Assembly: GCA_002633005.1 (NCBI GenBank)
Contig: NMRA01001001.1
Coordinates: 16,675-73,588 of the forward strand
DNA length: 56,914 nucleotides
Reading direction: 5' to 3'
Origin: Phoronis australis
Taxonomy: Eukaryota; Animalia; Phoronida
Made by a program: the position numbers and the translations under genes. This document shows, piece after piece, positions 1 through 13,234 of the stretch. The notes beneath the pieces are model-generated. The model was not told where the DNA came from. It searched no databases and worked only from the letters and a program-made list of their open reading frames with translations. Within the stretch, counting starts at the first letter, position 1. Each line of letters begins with the position of its first letter.

Positions 1-1263
1 GTGGAATTAGGCAAAGTGCGATTGTATCTGCACAGGCGGCACGAAAGTTGCAGGGGCCGGGGATGTAGACCTTTTTGCCTTCTGTTCAGAAAATCTATCG
101 GTGGACTAAAAAAAACAGGAACACGATTCCGCCGCGATCTGGGGTCTGAGCCCCCCCTCTTCTTCTACCGGTCCTAGTTACTGAACTCAATGTTTCCTCA
201 CGCTCTTGCTGTTTCATTTTGCTTGAGGCAGCCAAGGGGGGTGGGCTAGGGCCCCTGCCCTCCCTAAATCCGCCCATGGAATTGTCCGTTTGCACTATTA
301 AGACATTTAAATTAGGCCTACCTTCTTATGAACTTGGCTATTTTTTGTAGTTTCATTTCATAAAGGTAGCTTTCATTTAATTTTGAAGGTAGCATGGATC
401 ACTAAGTCGTGGTATGGTTACAAAAGATTACAAGTCTGGTGTGGTAGTTGCAAAAATGGGGTACTTACAAAAATAACTCAAATTCTTTTTAAAAGCTTCA
501 TAAATCTAAAAATCATGTTTGAACAACTTCATCTCTCTCTAACTCTACAGACATGGTGTATACTAGAGGTACACGTCAAAAAGTAATTCAACAGTTTATT
601 TTTAGTGACAACAGCTCGACAAAGGCTTTGAGTTCCGGCAGTAATCCAGTGCCCTTCCCGGCTGTGCCGATCGAATCTCTGAATTTTGACCGGGAGAGAA
701 GTTTAGTTCAACGCCATTTTACGGTTTAAGAATAACAAAACTGTACCTCTGATACGAAACAAAATAATGTCCATTAGGTTGAAATAAATAAAAAACATAA
801 AATAAAAATGTCCTTGAAAACAACAATTTCCGCTAGAGTGCTGAGATCCAGCAGGTGCCGAGACAAATGCGGTCAGACGTAGCCAACTCGGGAGTCAAAA
901 TCTGAGATAGCCCTGCACCATAGCCACCAAGCTGAAAAGTACGCATCTTGGAACTAATATATTTGTGTTTATTATAGCCTTCGAGTCATCAAGCAACATC
1001 GCTAGGTTCAGCTGCTCGTGTGGCCGTACAGTTTGATCCATAGTTTACGCTTTTCAACATCATTTTTCGGCTTAGGACATGCCAAAAAATAACGGGATAT
1101 TATTCTGGAGCAGCATAACGGCTGTCGGTGCTACACACGTCATATCAACACCGTTTCCACATTCTTAGCGGACAATTTCTTGAGCTATAGACTAAAGTAA
1201 GTTTTACTCGACTGCGTGTGGTTTGTCGGGTAAAATGGCGGCTTGGAAACGCAGACGAAGGTG

Positions 1264-1801
1264 NNNNNNNNNNNNNNNNNNNNNNNNNNNNNNNNNNNNN
1301 NNNNNNNNNNNNNNNNNNNNNNNNNNNNNNNNNNNNNNNNNNNNNNNNNNNNNNNNNNNNNNNNNNNNNNNNNNNNNNNNNNNNNNNNNNNNNNNNNNNN
1401 NNNNNNNNNNNNNNNNNNNNNNNNNNNNNNNNNNNNNNNNNNNNNNNNNNNNNNNNNNNNNNNNNNNNNNNNNNNNNNNNNNNNNNNNNNNNNNNNNNNN
1501 NNNNNNNNNNNNNNNNNNNNNNNNNNNNNNNNNNNNNNNNNNNNNNNNNNNNNNNNNNNNNNNNNNNNNNNNNNNNNNNNNNNNNNNNNNNNNNNNNNNN
1601 NNNNNNNNNNNNNNNNNNNNNNNNNNNNNNNNNNNNNNNNNNNNNNNNNNNNNNNNNNNNNNNNNNNNNNNNNNNNNNNNNNNNNNNNNNNNNNNNNNNN
1701 NNNNNNNNNNNNNNNNNNNNNNNNNNNNNNNNNNNNNNNNNNNNNNNNNNNNNNNNNNNNNNNNNNNNNNNNNNNNNNNNNNNNNNNNNNNNNNNNNNNN
1801 N
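1264..1801. other. Assembly gap (N run)
   Basis: Run of N. Confidence 1.
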
Positions 1802-3241
1802 ATTCATGTTGTATTCTTAAGTGCTTAAAGCAAAACACCTGTGATTCTTAGCATTAACTATACTTTAAATTGGTTGTACAATTATTCCCTCACTGGGGTT
1901 CATAATGCACCGGAAGAGGTCAGTTAGTGGAAAGGTCATCAAAACATTAACATGAAATTACTCCTATAATTTTAAAGAATTTCTTTTCATATTGGTAAAC
2001 GGGGTTGCTGTCAGTAACTTCCCATAACAATTCCTTTAATACGCACGCGCAGAGTCCATTATTGTCACGCCGTGACAATAATCTTTCTAGTTCTTCTTAT
2101 TCTTCTTCCGACCAAGTTTGAGGCTTAATAACTCCAAATATGAGTTTTCACAGTATATAAAATTTGATTGGTTATTAATCATATTCTGTATTGCACCGGA
2201 AGAGGTCGTTTGGTGCAAAGGTCATATAATTTTCAAAATGCTACTCTTCCTTCAGTTTTTAAGCTATCTTTTTCAACTTCGGTGCACAGGTATAAGTTAA
2301 CATGACAATTTAAAAAATTACTTTTCTAAGTAATCGGGTCATCCAATCAGGTGAAATATGTCAAAGGTCATTAGGTGCAAACTAAAATTTTGAGCTAGAC
2401 ACTTCAAATTGACAGGTCTGATTGGCACTGGTAAATCAAATCGGAATCCAAAGTTTCAGGTCATTTAGTGCAAACATGGGGTCATTAGGTGCATTTTTCT
2501 TTTGAAAAGTTGACCTTTTCAATCAGCAAGTTTTCTGATGTGTCAACCGTTAGACAACTGTGGTTCTCAGCGTTAAACACATTTTCCATGGGCTTTGCAA
2601 TAATTCTCCTAAAGATGCTTAAAATGCACCGGATAAGGTCAATTAGTGCAAAGGTCGTGTAACGTTCAAAATGTTATATCTCTTACGTTTTTCAAGGAAT
2701 TCTTTTCAATTTCAGCACACTGGTGTAAGTCAACATGCCAATTGAATACCCTACTTTACTTCGCAATAGGCCTAACCAATCAGAAAAAATAGGTCAAGGG
2801 TCATTGAGAGCAAACTAATATTTTGAGCTAGAGACTTCAGAATTACGTATCTGTTTACTTAGTGCGATTGAATTTGAATTCTAAATTTTCAGGTCATTTG
2901 GTGCACCCATGGGGTCATTAGGTGCATTTTTCTTCTGAAAGTTTGACCACTTCATTCATCTTGTATTCTGAAGTGCTTAAAGTAAAACATCTGTGATTAT
3001 TAGCATTAACCACACTTTTAATCGAGTTAACAATTACTCCCTCATCGGGGCTCATAATGCACCGGAAGAGGTCAGTTAGTGGAAAGGTCATCAAAAAATT
3101 AATATGTAATTTCTCCTACAATTTTAAAGAATTCCTTTTCATATTGGTAAACGGGTTGCTGTCAGTAACTTCCCATAATAATTCCAGTAATACTCACGCG
3201 CAGACTCCGTTATTGTCACGCAGTGACAATAATCTTTCTAG
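1802..3241 (+). mobile_element. Head-to-tail tandem of a non-autonomous Helitron-like element (partial unit ending 2090, full unit 2091-3241)
   Basis: 1802-2090 repeats as 2954-3241. Each unit ends with a TTATTGTCAC-nnn-GTGACAATAA hairpin then CTAG|T. Internal sub-repeats of about 433 bp (TGCACCGGA at about 2192, 2625, 3058), rich in AGGTCA. Confidence 0.7.
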
Positions 3242-3297
3242 TTGTTTCTACTCTACTAACTCATCTAATGACTCTTTCAAGCTTCACTTGTCCACAG

Positions 3298-3342
3298 CAA
3301 GAATGTGACGAGGACACGTGGGGAACTTACTTGTACTCTTGG
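3298..3342 (+). CDS. Host gene exon A (45 nt, phase 0-0): N-terminal part of an LCCL domain, QECDEDTWGTYLYSW
   Basis: Perfect branch point TACTAAC at 3254-3260, acceptor tccacAG, donor GG|GTAAGT. Joins the next exon in frame to give the LCCL motif WGTxxYSxDSSVCxAA. Confidence 0.8.
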
Positions 3343-3948
3343 GTAAGTGTCAGTTTTTATCATTTTAATGATAGCCAAATTTAGTGCATACGCATGCTAG
3401 ATTTATGAGATATACTTTATTTTGGCTTACAGAACGTACGGACCGAATATGCAGGATAATGTTCTGTATCCTCAGTTTCCCCGAGTAAAAATAAGATATA
3501 GCAAAGTCATACGAGTGGAAAGCGAGTGTATTGCGAGTGTGCTCGTGAGGTTTCTAGCTTTCCCTAACAAAAATGACGGCTATTGAAATGATTGGTCAGT
3601 GAGATTAGAATGTTGAATTGCGATATTATTCGGTGTTTCGGTTTCTTAACTGAAAATTTTTTACAGCCAGTGAAGGTGAATGTCTTGCAGTCTACGTAAC
3701 TCAACCCTGGTTAATGTTTCTTTTCGTACGAATGAATGATTGCCCACAATCCACTGCACAGGTGACTTCATGTCTCCTTACATCGTCAAAAGGTAAAATA
3801 TAGGATATTGAACATCAACATTAAGAGGCGACACATGAGCTCAACAAATACGCAGGCAAGTATCGACAGTCTAAACTGATAACCTAACAATTTTCGTAAA
3901 ATTGATTTGAATTCACATGTACCCACTCTTTTTACAAAATTCTTGCAG

Positions 3949-4094
3949 GACTCCAGTGTATGCACTGCTGCATGGAATGATGGTCGAATACTGCCATGGA
4001 GTAATAATAGTGAAGATAGAAGAGTCACGTGGAGTGAACCAAGAGATAACAAAAAGTACTTCAAGACCTCGCGGTACGGGGCAGAAACACTTTG
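3949..4094 (+). CDS. Host gene exon B (146 nt, phase 0-2): LCCL domain core, DSSVCTAAWNDGRILP...YFKTSRYGAETL
   Basis: Acceptor tcttgcAG, donor TG|GTGAGT. Matches the LCCL consensus DSSICxAAxHxGxI...YxGSxRNG. Confidence 0.85.
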
Positions 4095-4630
4095 GTGAGT
4101 CATGTTTCTGACTTTAATAATAAACCTAACCTGCCGTGCGATTACTATCTACTTTTCAGCGATTCGTTTACGGTGACAAATGTAATCATGAATGTAATCA
4201 ACCGATATCTCGAACTTCTTGTTTCCTGAGTATTTAAAAAGAGAAAGAATTGTGTTCTGGGGGAAGAGTATCATACTCACATTCAAAAGGTCGTTGGCTC
4301 ATGTCCTATCATTTGACCACGTCGCAAGAGCTCCAACAAGTTCAACATCTTGTGCGTGAAATCAGGGTTTCTGTGTTAACCTTGTAGTAAATGTGTATTT
4401 TGCATATATTCAAGTACATCTAAATGTCAATATGACATTGCAACTCTCCTATTCAGGGGTATTGTCTTGTGATCCATAACTGTTGCACCGGTAGTCTAAT
4501 GTATTTAATCATTAAATCTTGAGAGCTCATGTTGACCGGTTTACCACTGTGACTGTCGTCTCAAGATATTTAAAATATCTATGTTGTGCGCTTGCCAGCA
4601 AATCACGTGACTACTTTTCCCTTTATTTAG

Positions 4631-4680
4631 GTTCCCAACTATATTTAGCGGTAGAACTTTTACAACTCCAAGGAAGTTGG
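4631..4680 (+). CDS. Host gene exon C (50 nt, phase 2-1): end of LCCL and linker, (W)FPTIFSGRTFTTPRKL
   Basis: Acceptor ttttccctttatttAG, donor GG|GTAAGG. Supplies exactly the phase 2-to-1 bridge needed between exons B and D, with no stop. Confidence 0.75.
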
Positions 4681-6054
4681 GTAAGGTACAATGGAATTCA
4701 TATCTATATTTCATACAAACTGTATGTCAGAGTGAACAGTTTTGACGGACCAAAGTTTCACACGCGGAAAATAAGCTAGCTTACACAACAACAAAAGTCA
4801 AAGATCAGCAAAACATAAACGAAGTCCTTGTGAAAACTACTGGTACTTTATTCATGAGCAAAATCTTATATAGGTGCGCAGGTAGGCGTTCGCCTATCCG
4901 AATAGATGAGTCCAAACCCAAACACCAGGCTAAGTTACACAAAAAAGTGGAGGGTAGTCTTGAACACAGTTATTTAAAACACACACTTAAAAATGGCGCT
5001 ATTAAAACATTCAGCGTATCGTGGAGATCTATCTTGACTTCTAAGTAATGATTTTCACAGATGAGAATATTCTGTTTAAGACATGTGCTACAGTGAAGTG
5101 AAGTCCGAAATATTTCAACAAAATTGTCTAGAAAACTGCATTGTATCTGCCTTTACGGTATGGGGTCACGACTTTAGTGTCATCATTCAATCTGACTTGA
5201 GTGTAGCAATATTGAACTTCTGCCGTGTGTTACATTATTGTAACAAATGGAACATTTAAAGCAGGCAAAATATCACATTCGTCTTAAAAAGGGTTTTTGT
5301 GACGGGAGGAGCCGCTTTAAAATTTAAAAAATATTCATTGGTAAGGAAGTTGACTGTCTATTCTTAGTGACGTGATCAATGATGTGAGTACTTTCAAATA
5401 TTCGTGAGCGCCTATGCAAATAACTCAACGTCTTGTTGTGATTAATGTGATGCATGCTTGATTTATGTACATGCCTTTAACTATTATGGATTTAATATTA
5501 TTCCGAAGCTTGTGCGATCACGTGCTTCGCTTGCAATACATGGCATATCTTGCGAAGTCTTTTGAGATCTCCCTTTTTGTCGCAAGAAACTAGGTCTACA
5601 AAACGCATGTTCGTTAACGTACATGTATCTGGTCACTGCTTGTACGAAATTCTTCGTCAGAATGTAAGCTTTGCAAGTTCAGTTCATGTCTCTAAGGACA
5701 TCTTTTAATGATCCGTGCATTCCGTCCTAGAAGCAAACTTATAATTCATACCAAATTACCGCTATATAATTGGGTTTCAACTTTTTCCTGACTCACATAA
5801 AAAGTGTTTTCTGGACTTGGAAAGAGCCGACAGCACGTCATTCCTATTGACCTTGGTCGGACCAGTAAAGGACGCGCCGTAACAAGATATCTTGTATAGT
5901 CTCGTCTCACGCTCAGATGAAATTTCAGTTCTTTGGAAGCCCTGAACATTCAAATTGACTCAAGAACAATGTGAGACCAATTTTATAATGGTAAATGGTC
6001 TAAATCAAAAGTTGTTTGTTTGTGATGCAGTTAGTGTTACCTGTCTATTCCCAG

Positions 6055-6333
6055 AGACACTGTTTAACATCAGTGTAGTGATCCCACTGAGTGGAGGTGA
6101 GATCTACGTCTACGGTGGAACGAACGTGTACATTGCAAGTGACGCAATAGAGACTGGGGTGCATGTCAACATAAATACTACCATACCAACCAAACCGCCA
6201 ACAGGTGGCACTGTTACAGGAAGTGGTTCGAGGAGGCACAAGGTGTTCAAGGTCAGCGACACCTTTGGGGCTTATTACTTCACAGTTGGCGGTAACAAGA
6301 ACTTGTATTCAAGAGTGGTCGCCTTGGTAACGG
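6055..6333 (+). CDS. Host gene exon D (279 nt, phase 1-1): beta-rich domain, probably a Tie-type first Ig-like domain
   Basis: Acceptor ctattcccAG, donor G|GTAAGG, open frame. FGAYYFTV resembles the GAYFC strand of Tie Ig1. The domain identity is inference. Confidence 0.7.
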
Positions 6334-7846
6334 GTAAGGATGAGTCGATAGCTTTGGTTCGTGAAAGTGTCGATATTAATACTTGTGACTATGTTGATGG
6401 TTGCCTGCAATACATATTCAGTACTTGTTTTTCCTAAACTGCTGGACTATGACCAACAGATAAAAGTAACGAGTAGTTTAAGCACATAACAGCAATCAGA
6501 ACGCATCCGTCTAGCCTCGCAAACAGATCACGGTATGCAGTACTCAAATAGTGACTGCATAGCGAGGGGAAAATAGTTTTGTTTTTTAAGCTGCATTTTT
6601 TCCTTTTTGGCCTGCTCAAAACGAAAATCGAACTGGGCCTTTTGCTCTCATAAAATTCATCCATACCTTGACAGTATTTTATTTCCGCTGGCAATTTAAG
6701 TCGATGCAATGCGTACAGGAGTTATTTTCAATTCACTATCGTACGGTTAGCTAACTCCAATAAATCTTGATGCTTTAACTTGAGTCGCTGGTTTCGATGT
6801 TCTTGTAGATAACGGAAATGGAATTCTGTCACTGAAAGGATTTTTTCGAGAACAATTTTAAGAGCAAATATCGTTTTTCGTTGTTAGCCTGCTGAGCAAG
6901 GCGAAATTCAACGTGAAACTGTTTATTTGAATTCGAGACTACAGCAACAGTTGTATGTACAATGTACATTCAATCTGCAAGGCGAAAAAGCCATTTCTAG
7001 AGTGAGATAAACATCATGAAATTTTGGCGACTGACTGTAGTACCTTCATCGTATTTGGTAAAGTATTCTAGACAATTTTGCTTCTACTTTTTTCATGTTT
7101 TTATGATAATGATGATATTGCCTGTTGTGATTCTTAGATCAGACCGTGTTACTCTTCATGTCCCATGTAGTTTGTAGATTGGACGTGTTTTATGTGTTGT
7201 GGACATCCTCGAAGACATGTGTACTATGTTGTTTGGGTATGGTGGATAACAGGCCAAGTTCGTGCGTGTCGAGTGTTTTGTTTGAACCCAACATCGAGCC
7301 CTTAATTGTAGCATCGGCACCATTATACGTAATGCCAGTAATCAGATAGGAATAATGAAGGACAACTGGACAGCGTTCTGGAAATTTGTTTGGGGGGGGG
7401 TGGGCACTTTTTTGTAATTTTGTAAATAGTGCAAAAGAGTGAGGATTGAGAGTAAGTCTTTTATAAATTAGATATGGCCATTTGAAGGAAGTTGTAGAAA
7501 AGTTACGTCTACGGTTTTTTTCTGATTTGAATACGATTTTCCATTTTGTCGTCCATTTGCTGCGTGCTTGAATAAGACCCCTGTCTGGTCAATGGGCGGA
7601 AGAGGGATATGTCGTCAATGGACAAATCGAGTTCAAACCGTTACGCATGATATATGGAAATACTATAACACTTCGACGAGCACGTGTTATGTATTTGATA
7701 CACTTTCTCGGTATGAAAGGCTGTAAAGGAAGAGTATTTGGTTCTGTAAAGCGCGACAAGTTGGTTTTCAAGAGTTGGCAAATCCATCGATATGGACTAG
7801 CTCTCTGCAATGATCCCGTGCTACTGTTCAATACTACAGTTTGCTT

Positions 7847-10800
7847 TTTTAAAATGTTAAAAAATACAAAGAAGTCACTCTTTATACAATTATTATACAC
7901 GAATACATCAATTAAAAAAACTGATGTTAAGATTACAATAATATATGTTTAGTTATTTTTGAGAGCAGTGCTTTCATATGTTATGAATGGTAAGGAATTC
8001 CAGTTGTTAATACAAGTTAATATCGTAGATCTCCTGAAGGCTTGGCTTATGGAATATGGAATACTCTGCATATTACTTTGCCGCGGTCCTGGTCTCGTGT
8101 TTGGTCTTTTGAAGGAGTCAAAGAGGATTTTGTTAGAGTAATTGTTTATGTTGGTTAAGACTTTACTTGTATACATGGACAGGTGGAGTTTACAACAGGT
8201 TGCTAGCTTGCTCCAGTTGAAACTATTTAGAACCTTGATTGTGTTGAACCCATTGTATGCCCCTGTTCTGGCTAAAGCTGCTTGGGATTGTAGTTGCAAC
8301 CCAATCGATTTAACGATTGCGCATGTCCGGAAATTAGGGTGCGCAAAGGCTATTGGGATTGATTAGGGTATATGGAATGGCCGATAGGTTAGCACGACGT
8401 GTGATTTGTGTGCATTAAACTACGCTGCTGTATGTAATTCTGCCGGTATTCACCCTAATAAGCGCCCATGCCCCAACAAGTGCCCCAACGCGTTTTCAGA
8501 CTTTGCTAAAGTAAGCGCCCAGCCCATGAACTACATGCGAAAAATGCCCATTCCTACAGTTCTAACGTCTCCAATTTATCAATTGAAAGATCCGACAGTT
8601 CTGAATTTGTAGACCACGAGCCTCACCGTTATGTCCGTATACACTTCAAACTTACGCCGCGATTCAAAAAGAACGCAGAAGAAGTTTTGCTGCTCTTGCG
8701 AGGGATGTGCCCCACTACGCGGGTCTGGACTTTGAAAACACTGAGACGCAGCGTACTTGTCAGCGGCATTGCATTGTTTCTTTCCTGTAAAGACCTTCTC
8801 CGACCTAACAGGAATCCAAGCTTCTTTGTACACTTGAAAACCGTGAATTGAAGACTAATAAAAAAACTCGACCAGTGTTTGCACGCGGCCAAGAAGCGCG
8901 CGCTGCATAATGTACCGGCTGTCATCGAAGACATTTAGTCGGGAACTATCTATTCATAAAACGGGTAACATAGCATCGGCAAATAAATATTGGCACTAAT
9001 TTCCGAAAGTTTCTAATACCGTAAAAAACTTTTGCATTATCTTTAAGAGAAACCATTTAACTAATCATAATTGGTGTTTTTAAGGTCAAAATGACCCACT
9101 TCGCACCCATACACCCCAAATCTTCCGGAAAATAGCTGTTACACTAGGCTCACGCACCCACTCACCTGGCGACTCAATGAGTGAGCTATCGGTCGTACCG
9201 AAAAAATTCTAGAACGTTTTTTAGCAGATGAGGCCACCAAGTGCTAAGCTAAATATTAAAACACGCTCTGCTTGACTGCCTGAGTTAATTTCTTTGGGTA
9301 CAATGCACACCTAGATCATTTCATCGCATTTACTCTGGCAAATGAACTCTGGTCAAGGGAAAACAAGTTTTTTTCACTACCAACCGCCGTGGAGTATTTG
9401 TTACTGTTTCTTTGAAGGGAGATTTTGTTGGGCAGTTTCCAAGATACGTTTTCTTGTCGCGCTCAAAATGAGCGCTGCATTCTTTATGCCGCGAAGTCGG
9501 AAAGAATTCACGAAGTCGGCCTTTGCTACCAGCTCTACCGATGTCTCTGACACATGTTTAACGCAGTTCTTGATCCTTGGGAAACAGGTAGTAACTAATT
9601 TTTTTTTATCTCGCTAACTGGTATTATAGCATGCCAGGCACACAATACGTGTAACCTCCCTGCGGCCGGTTCGCCCCCACGTTTGCCGACGTACTTGTTT
9701 ACCGGCTTAACCACAGTGCAACATTCTGAACCATTTCCAATATGGCGGCGTTGCAACTCCGCTATTGAAGAAGTATGCAGGCGTTTGCCAATTGGTTGAT
9801 TATGTCACAGTAATCTAGATGTGGGAATACAAAAGACTTGAACAGAGTTTCAAGATGCATGGAGTTGAGATGACGAGAGATAATTCTAACTGGATTAATC
9901 AATTTTTGTACTTTACAAATGAGTTCGTGACAGTGAGGAGTAAATGTAAGGTTATGGTGTAGTAGCAAGCCAAGATGTTTGTGCGTGAACTTATTGGGGA
10001 TAACTTCCCCATTGAATGACAATTCCAGCATCGGATTTGTTTGGAAATGAGTATTATTAGGCTTAGAAAATATAGGATCAACACTTTTTAAGGTTTAAAT
10101 TTCACCTTTCATTTGTTAGACCAGTCATAGGGTTTGTTAAGGTCAGTTTGCAATTGTAAGGAGTCATGGGGATGCTCTTTTGAGAATGGGTAGAAAATTG
10201 AAGTGTCATCAGCATATAAGAATATTTTAGAGTTTATTTTGTCTGGAAGATCATTGATTATAGTAAAAAGAGTAAGGGCCTAGTACGCTACCCCAGCCTG
10301 GCGTTGATGAAGGTGATAAGACACCCTCAATTCGGACTTTGTAAATTCGATATTCCAGATATGATTTTAAAAGTAAGAGGAGAGTGCCTGAGAAACCGTA
10401 AGATTGTAATTTATGTAGAAGCAGGTCATGGGGAACGACATCAAAAGCTGACGCAATGTCTAAAAATACGGATCTCACGTTGTGCCCTTGCTCAAACCGG
10501 AGGTGGATGTCGTGTACAATTTCTGTAACTTGGGACACTGTGCTGTTACCAGACATGAATCCTAATTGGCGACGATGTATGAGGCTTTGTGAAAAGAGGT
10601 GGTCAAACATGTGTTGAGAAATGTTTTTTTCTAAAATTTTGGATAAGGTGTTAAGTAGAGTTATGGGGCGATAGTTGGCAATGTCTGTTTTGGAGTTCTT
10701 TTTGTGTATTGCTATCATAACTCCAAGCTTCCAGTTCGAAGGAAATTTTCCAGATTGTACTATTTTGTTATAAAATGTTATCAGAGGAACTGTGAGCTCG

Positions 10801-13234
10801 CTTGCTATTATATTGATCATTTTATTGGTTATGAGATTGGTACCGTCATTTTTGTTTTCGTCAATGTTTTCTAGTAGTTTTCTGACTTCAGATGGTTGGG
10901 CTCTTATGTCAGAGAGGTGCTCTAATGTTCTGTTTGGGAATTCGGGGAAGTTTGTTGTTGATGCAATGTGACTCTTGGCGGTGAAGTAGTCTAGAAATAA
11001 CTTACTTTTATCAGCTTTGGATGACGCCTGAAAGTTGAATTCTTTTGAGTGGATGGCGGGGTATGATAACTGCTTTACCTGTCCTCGAACTTTGTTTACT
11101 ATATCCCAATATTCCTTAGAATTTTTGGAGAAATTTTTGATATTGGAGATAATTTTCATCTTATAGTCTTGTTTTGTCTTTTTAATTAGTTCTTCCACAC
11201 TCTTCCACTGTTCTTTGTAGCACATGAACGTGCACGGATTATTTGATTTTATGAATGATCTGCACAGTTTATTTCTTTATATTTATTTCAGACTTAATGT
11301 TATTGTTAAACCACGGTTTGTCCTTGTATATATTGTTTTCATGGTTGATGGGATATTGTTATCTAGTATGGTGTAGAGTGACTCTATGGATATTGAGACT
11401 CAGTCATTGATGTCACTTTTGTTAAGTATTTCAGTCCAGTTAAATGTGGTTATGCCAGAGCGCAGTTTGTCCCTGTTAATGAGGTTTTTAATTCCAGATC
11501 TTTTCCATAATGTCTGGTTCTTTTGGTGCGCAGTTGAGTGTGAATGTTGTTTCTATAACGTGGTGGTCTGAGTTACCAATGGGAGGCCTTACAGAAGTGG
11601 ATTCAATTAATCCGAGATTGTTTGTAATACATAAATCAAGGCAAGAATGCGAATACTGTGTTAAACGTGTCGGCTCGTTTATTAGTTGTATACAGTCATT
11701 TGAGAGGAGAATATTGAATAATTCGAGACCGGCTTGGTTGTCATTGTCTTCTGAGTACCAAGTACTATTTCTTGCGTTGAAATCACCGTAACTTTGATAA
11801 CAATTGTTTTATTAGTTTTTGAGTGTTCTTGCAATTGTTCTGAAAAAATCTTGAAATATGCTTTCCTTTCATGGGACGCCTGTGAGGGTGAGCGATAGAA
11901 AAAACATAATATACCTTCTTGTGGTTGACGTAAAGTTCAATCCAACAGTTATTCATTGATTGTATAATTTTGTTATCAATTGCTTTGCAATTTACGGAGT
12001 TCTGGACAAACAAGATCAACCCCCTCCCGGCATTAGTGTTGTATTCTGGAATAATAAGTGCACTGATGCTGTCTTGGGACAGTGTTCCGGATTCACCTAT
12101 GGCTATGACCATGTAATTGTTGTGTGTAATAAATTGCTTGAGAAGTTCAAATCTTGAAAGGTTGTTCGCCTTGATATTATTGATGTTAGTGAATAAGACC
12201 TTGAAGCTGGATGAACCCTGAGTGTCTGGTCCTGGCAGTTAAAAGGCTTTGCTCAATGATAACTCTGATATCACAACGTGAGTTCTTCATTGTGTAGTAA
12301 ACATTACGTAAGTGCGCAGTTCGGGGTCGTTTTCGTAGTAGAAAAGTGAGGTCGAGCGTGATAGGCGAAAAGCAATGGGGTATTTTTGTTTTCCAGACAC
12401 CCGTACAATTGTAATTATTATGTCTGTAGTTAAAAACTGATAAATTAATATAGTTCATACTTAATATGCTTATCTAAAAAAAGAAAAAGAAATGCACTCT
12501 ATATACAGGTGTGTGAATAGACTAAAAGTAATGAAGTAAGGACAAAAGCAATGAACACTCGAGTGTAAACACTAAGGTAGGCATGAATATTCCCGCCACT
12601 ACTAATTTAATTACATTGAGTTAGGATAAATCTTGCAGATAGAAAACTGATGGATTAGTAACATTAAAAATTGAAATGGATAGGCGTACTACGGATGTGA
12701 GATTAGTACAAATAGATGAGAGTCAACGGGGTAGACAATTTGTACATATGTAGAACATGACTACTGTACTTTGGGATGAAAAGATATTGCCAATTACATT
12801 TTTTTACTACACATGACACCGCCTAAGTCAGTACGATACTGGTTTGGCCGTTTTTAGCTTGAACGTCAATGGTGATTAAAATTGAAACTTAAAAAAGCAA
12901 ATTTAACTAATTAACTGACTCACACTTGATGGGATGTCTAGATCTGTAGATGAAAGTGAATCATTTGAGGTAACATACATGTACATATACATGTACATGT
13001 ATTTGAATGATAGGACTACATTTGTTAATTTCAGTGTAGTTTCATAATCATGACGCAAGTGAGGCGTGAAATTCCTTAAAAATATGCATTACTAAGATAA
13101 AAGATGTTCTGATTTCACTCCTTGTTGTCTCATTGTTATTAGGAAGCCATGCGTGTAGGCTGTAACTTATTGACCCAGAAGTGCACTTAAAGTACTTTAT
13201 AACTTGCAAAATCAAAATTCAAGCAAGTTGTACA
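7847..13234 (-). mobile_element. Degenerate CR1/L2-group LINE (APE endonuclease about 11400-12200, RT about 9760-11225, C-terminus 7949-8300), interrupted at 8301-9749
   Basis: APE motifs (GDF, LINEPTR, CLDL, SDH) and RT motifs (NYRPITLL, FLDIASAFD, GSVLGP, YADD, PHLDYC, WNSLP). Short A-tail at about 7845-7850. Flanked by a 48-bp direct repeat at 7799-7846 and 13235-13282. Confidence 0.88.
8301..9749. mobile_element. Unclassified non-coding insertion of about 1.45 kb splitting the CR1-like ORF2
   Basis: CR1 coding sequence resumes on both sides. GTTGCAAC occurs at both junctions (8293-8300 and 9750-9757). Confidence 0.6.

Noticed and set aside
200-280. GC-rich MITE-like end (AAATCCGCCCATG)
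   Set aside because: No partner terminus or TSD visible in the window.
551-568. Possible 18-nt upstream micro-exon (TWCILE, phase 0-0) after a good acceptor
   Set aside because: Weak donor (GTACAC) and too short to support without transcripts.
1145-1851. Long ORFs of 200-220 aa
   Set aside because: Artefacts of translating the N gap.
4160-4181. Alternative LCCL-terminal exon (CDSFTVTN)
   Set aside because: Needs a 65-nt intron and offers only phase-0 donors, incompatible with exon D. Exon 4631-4680 fits better.
12215-12275. 2A-like ribosome-skipping peptide ahead of the CR1 endonuclease
   Set aside because: Only LPGP is present; the GDxExNPGP motif is not.
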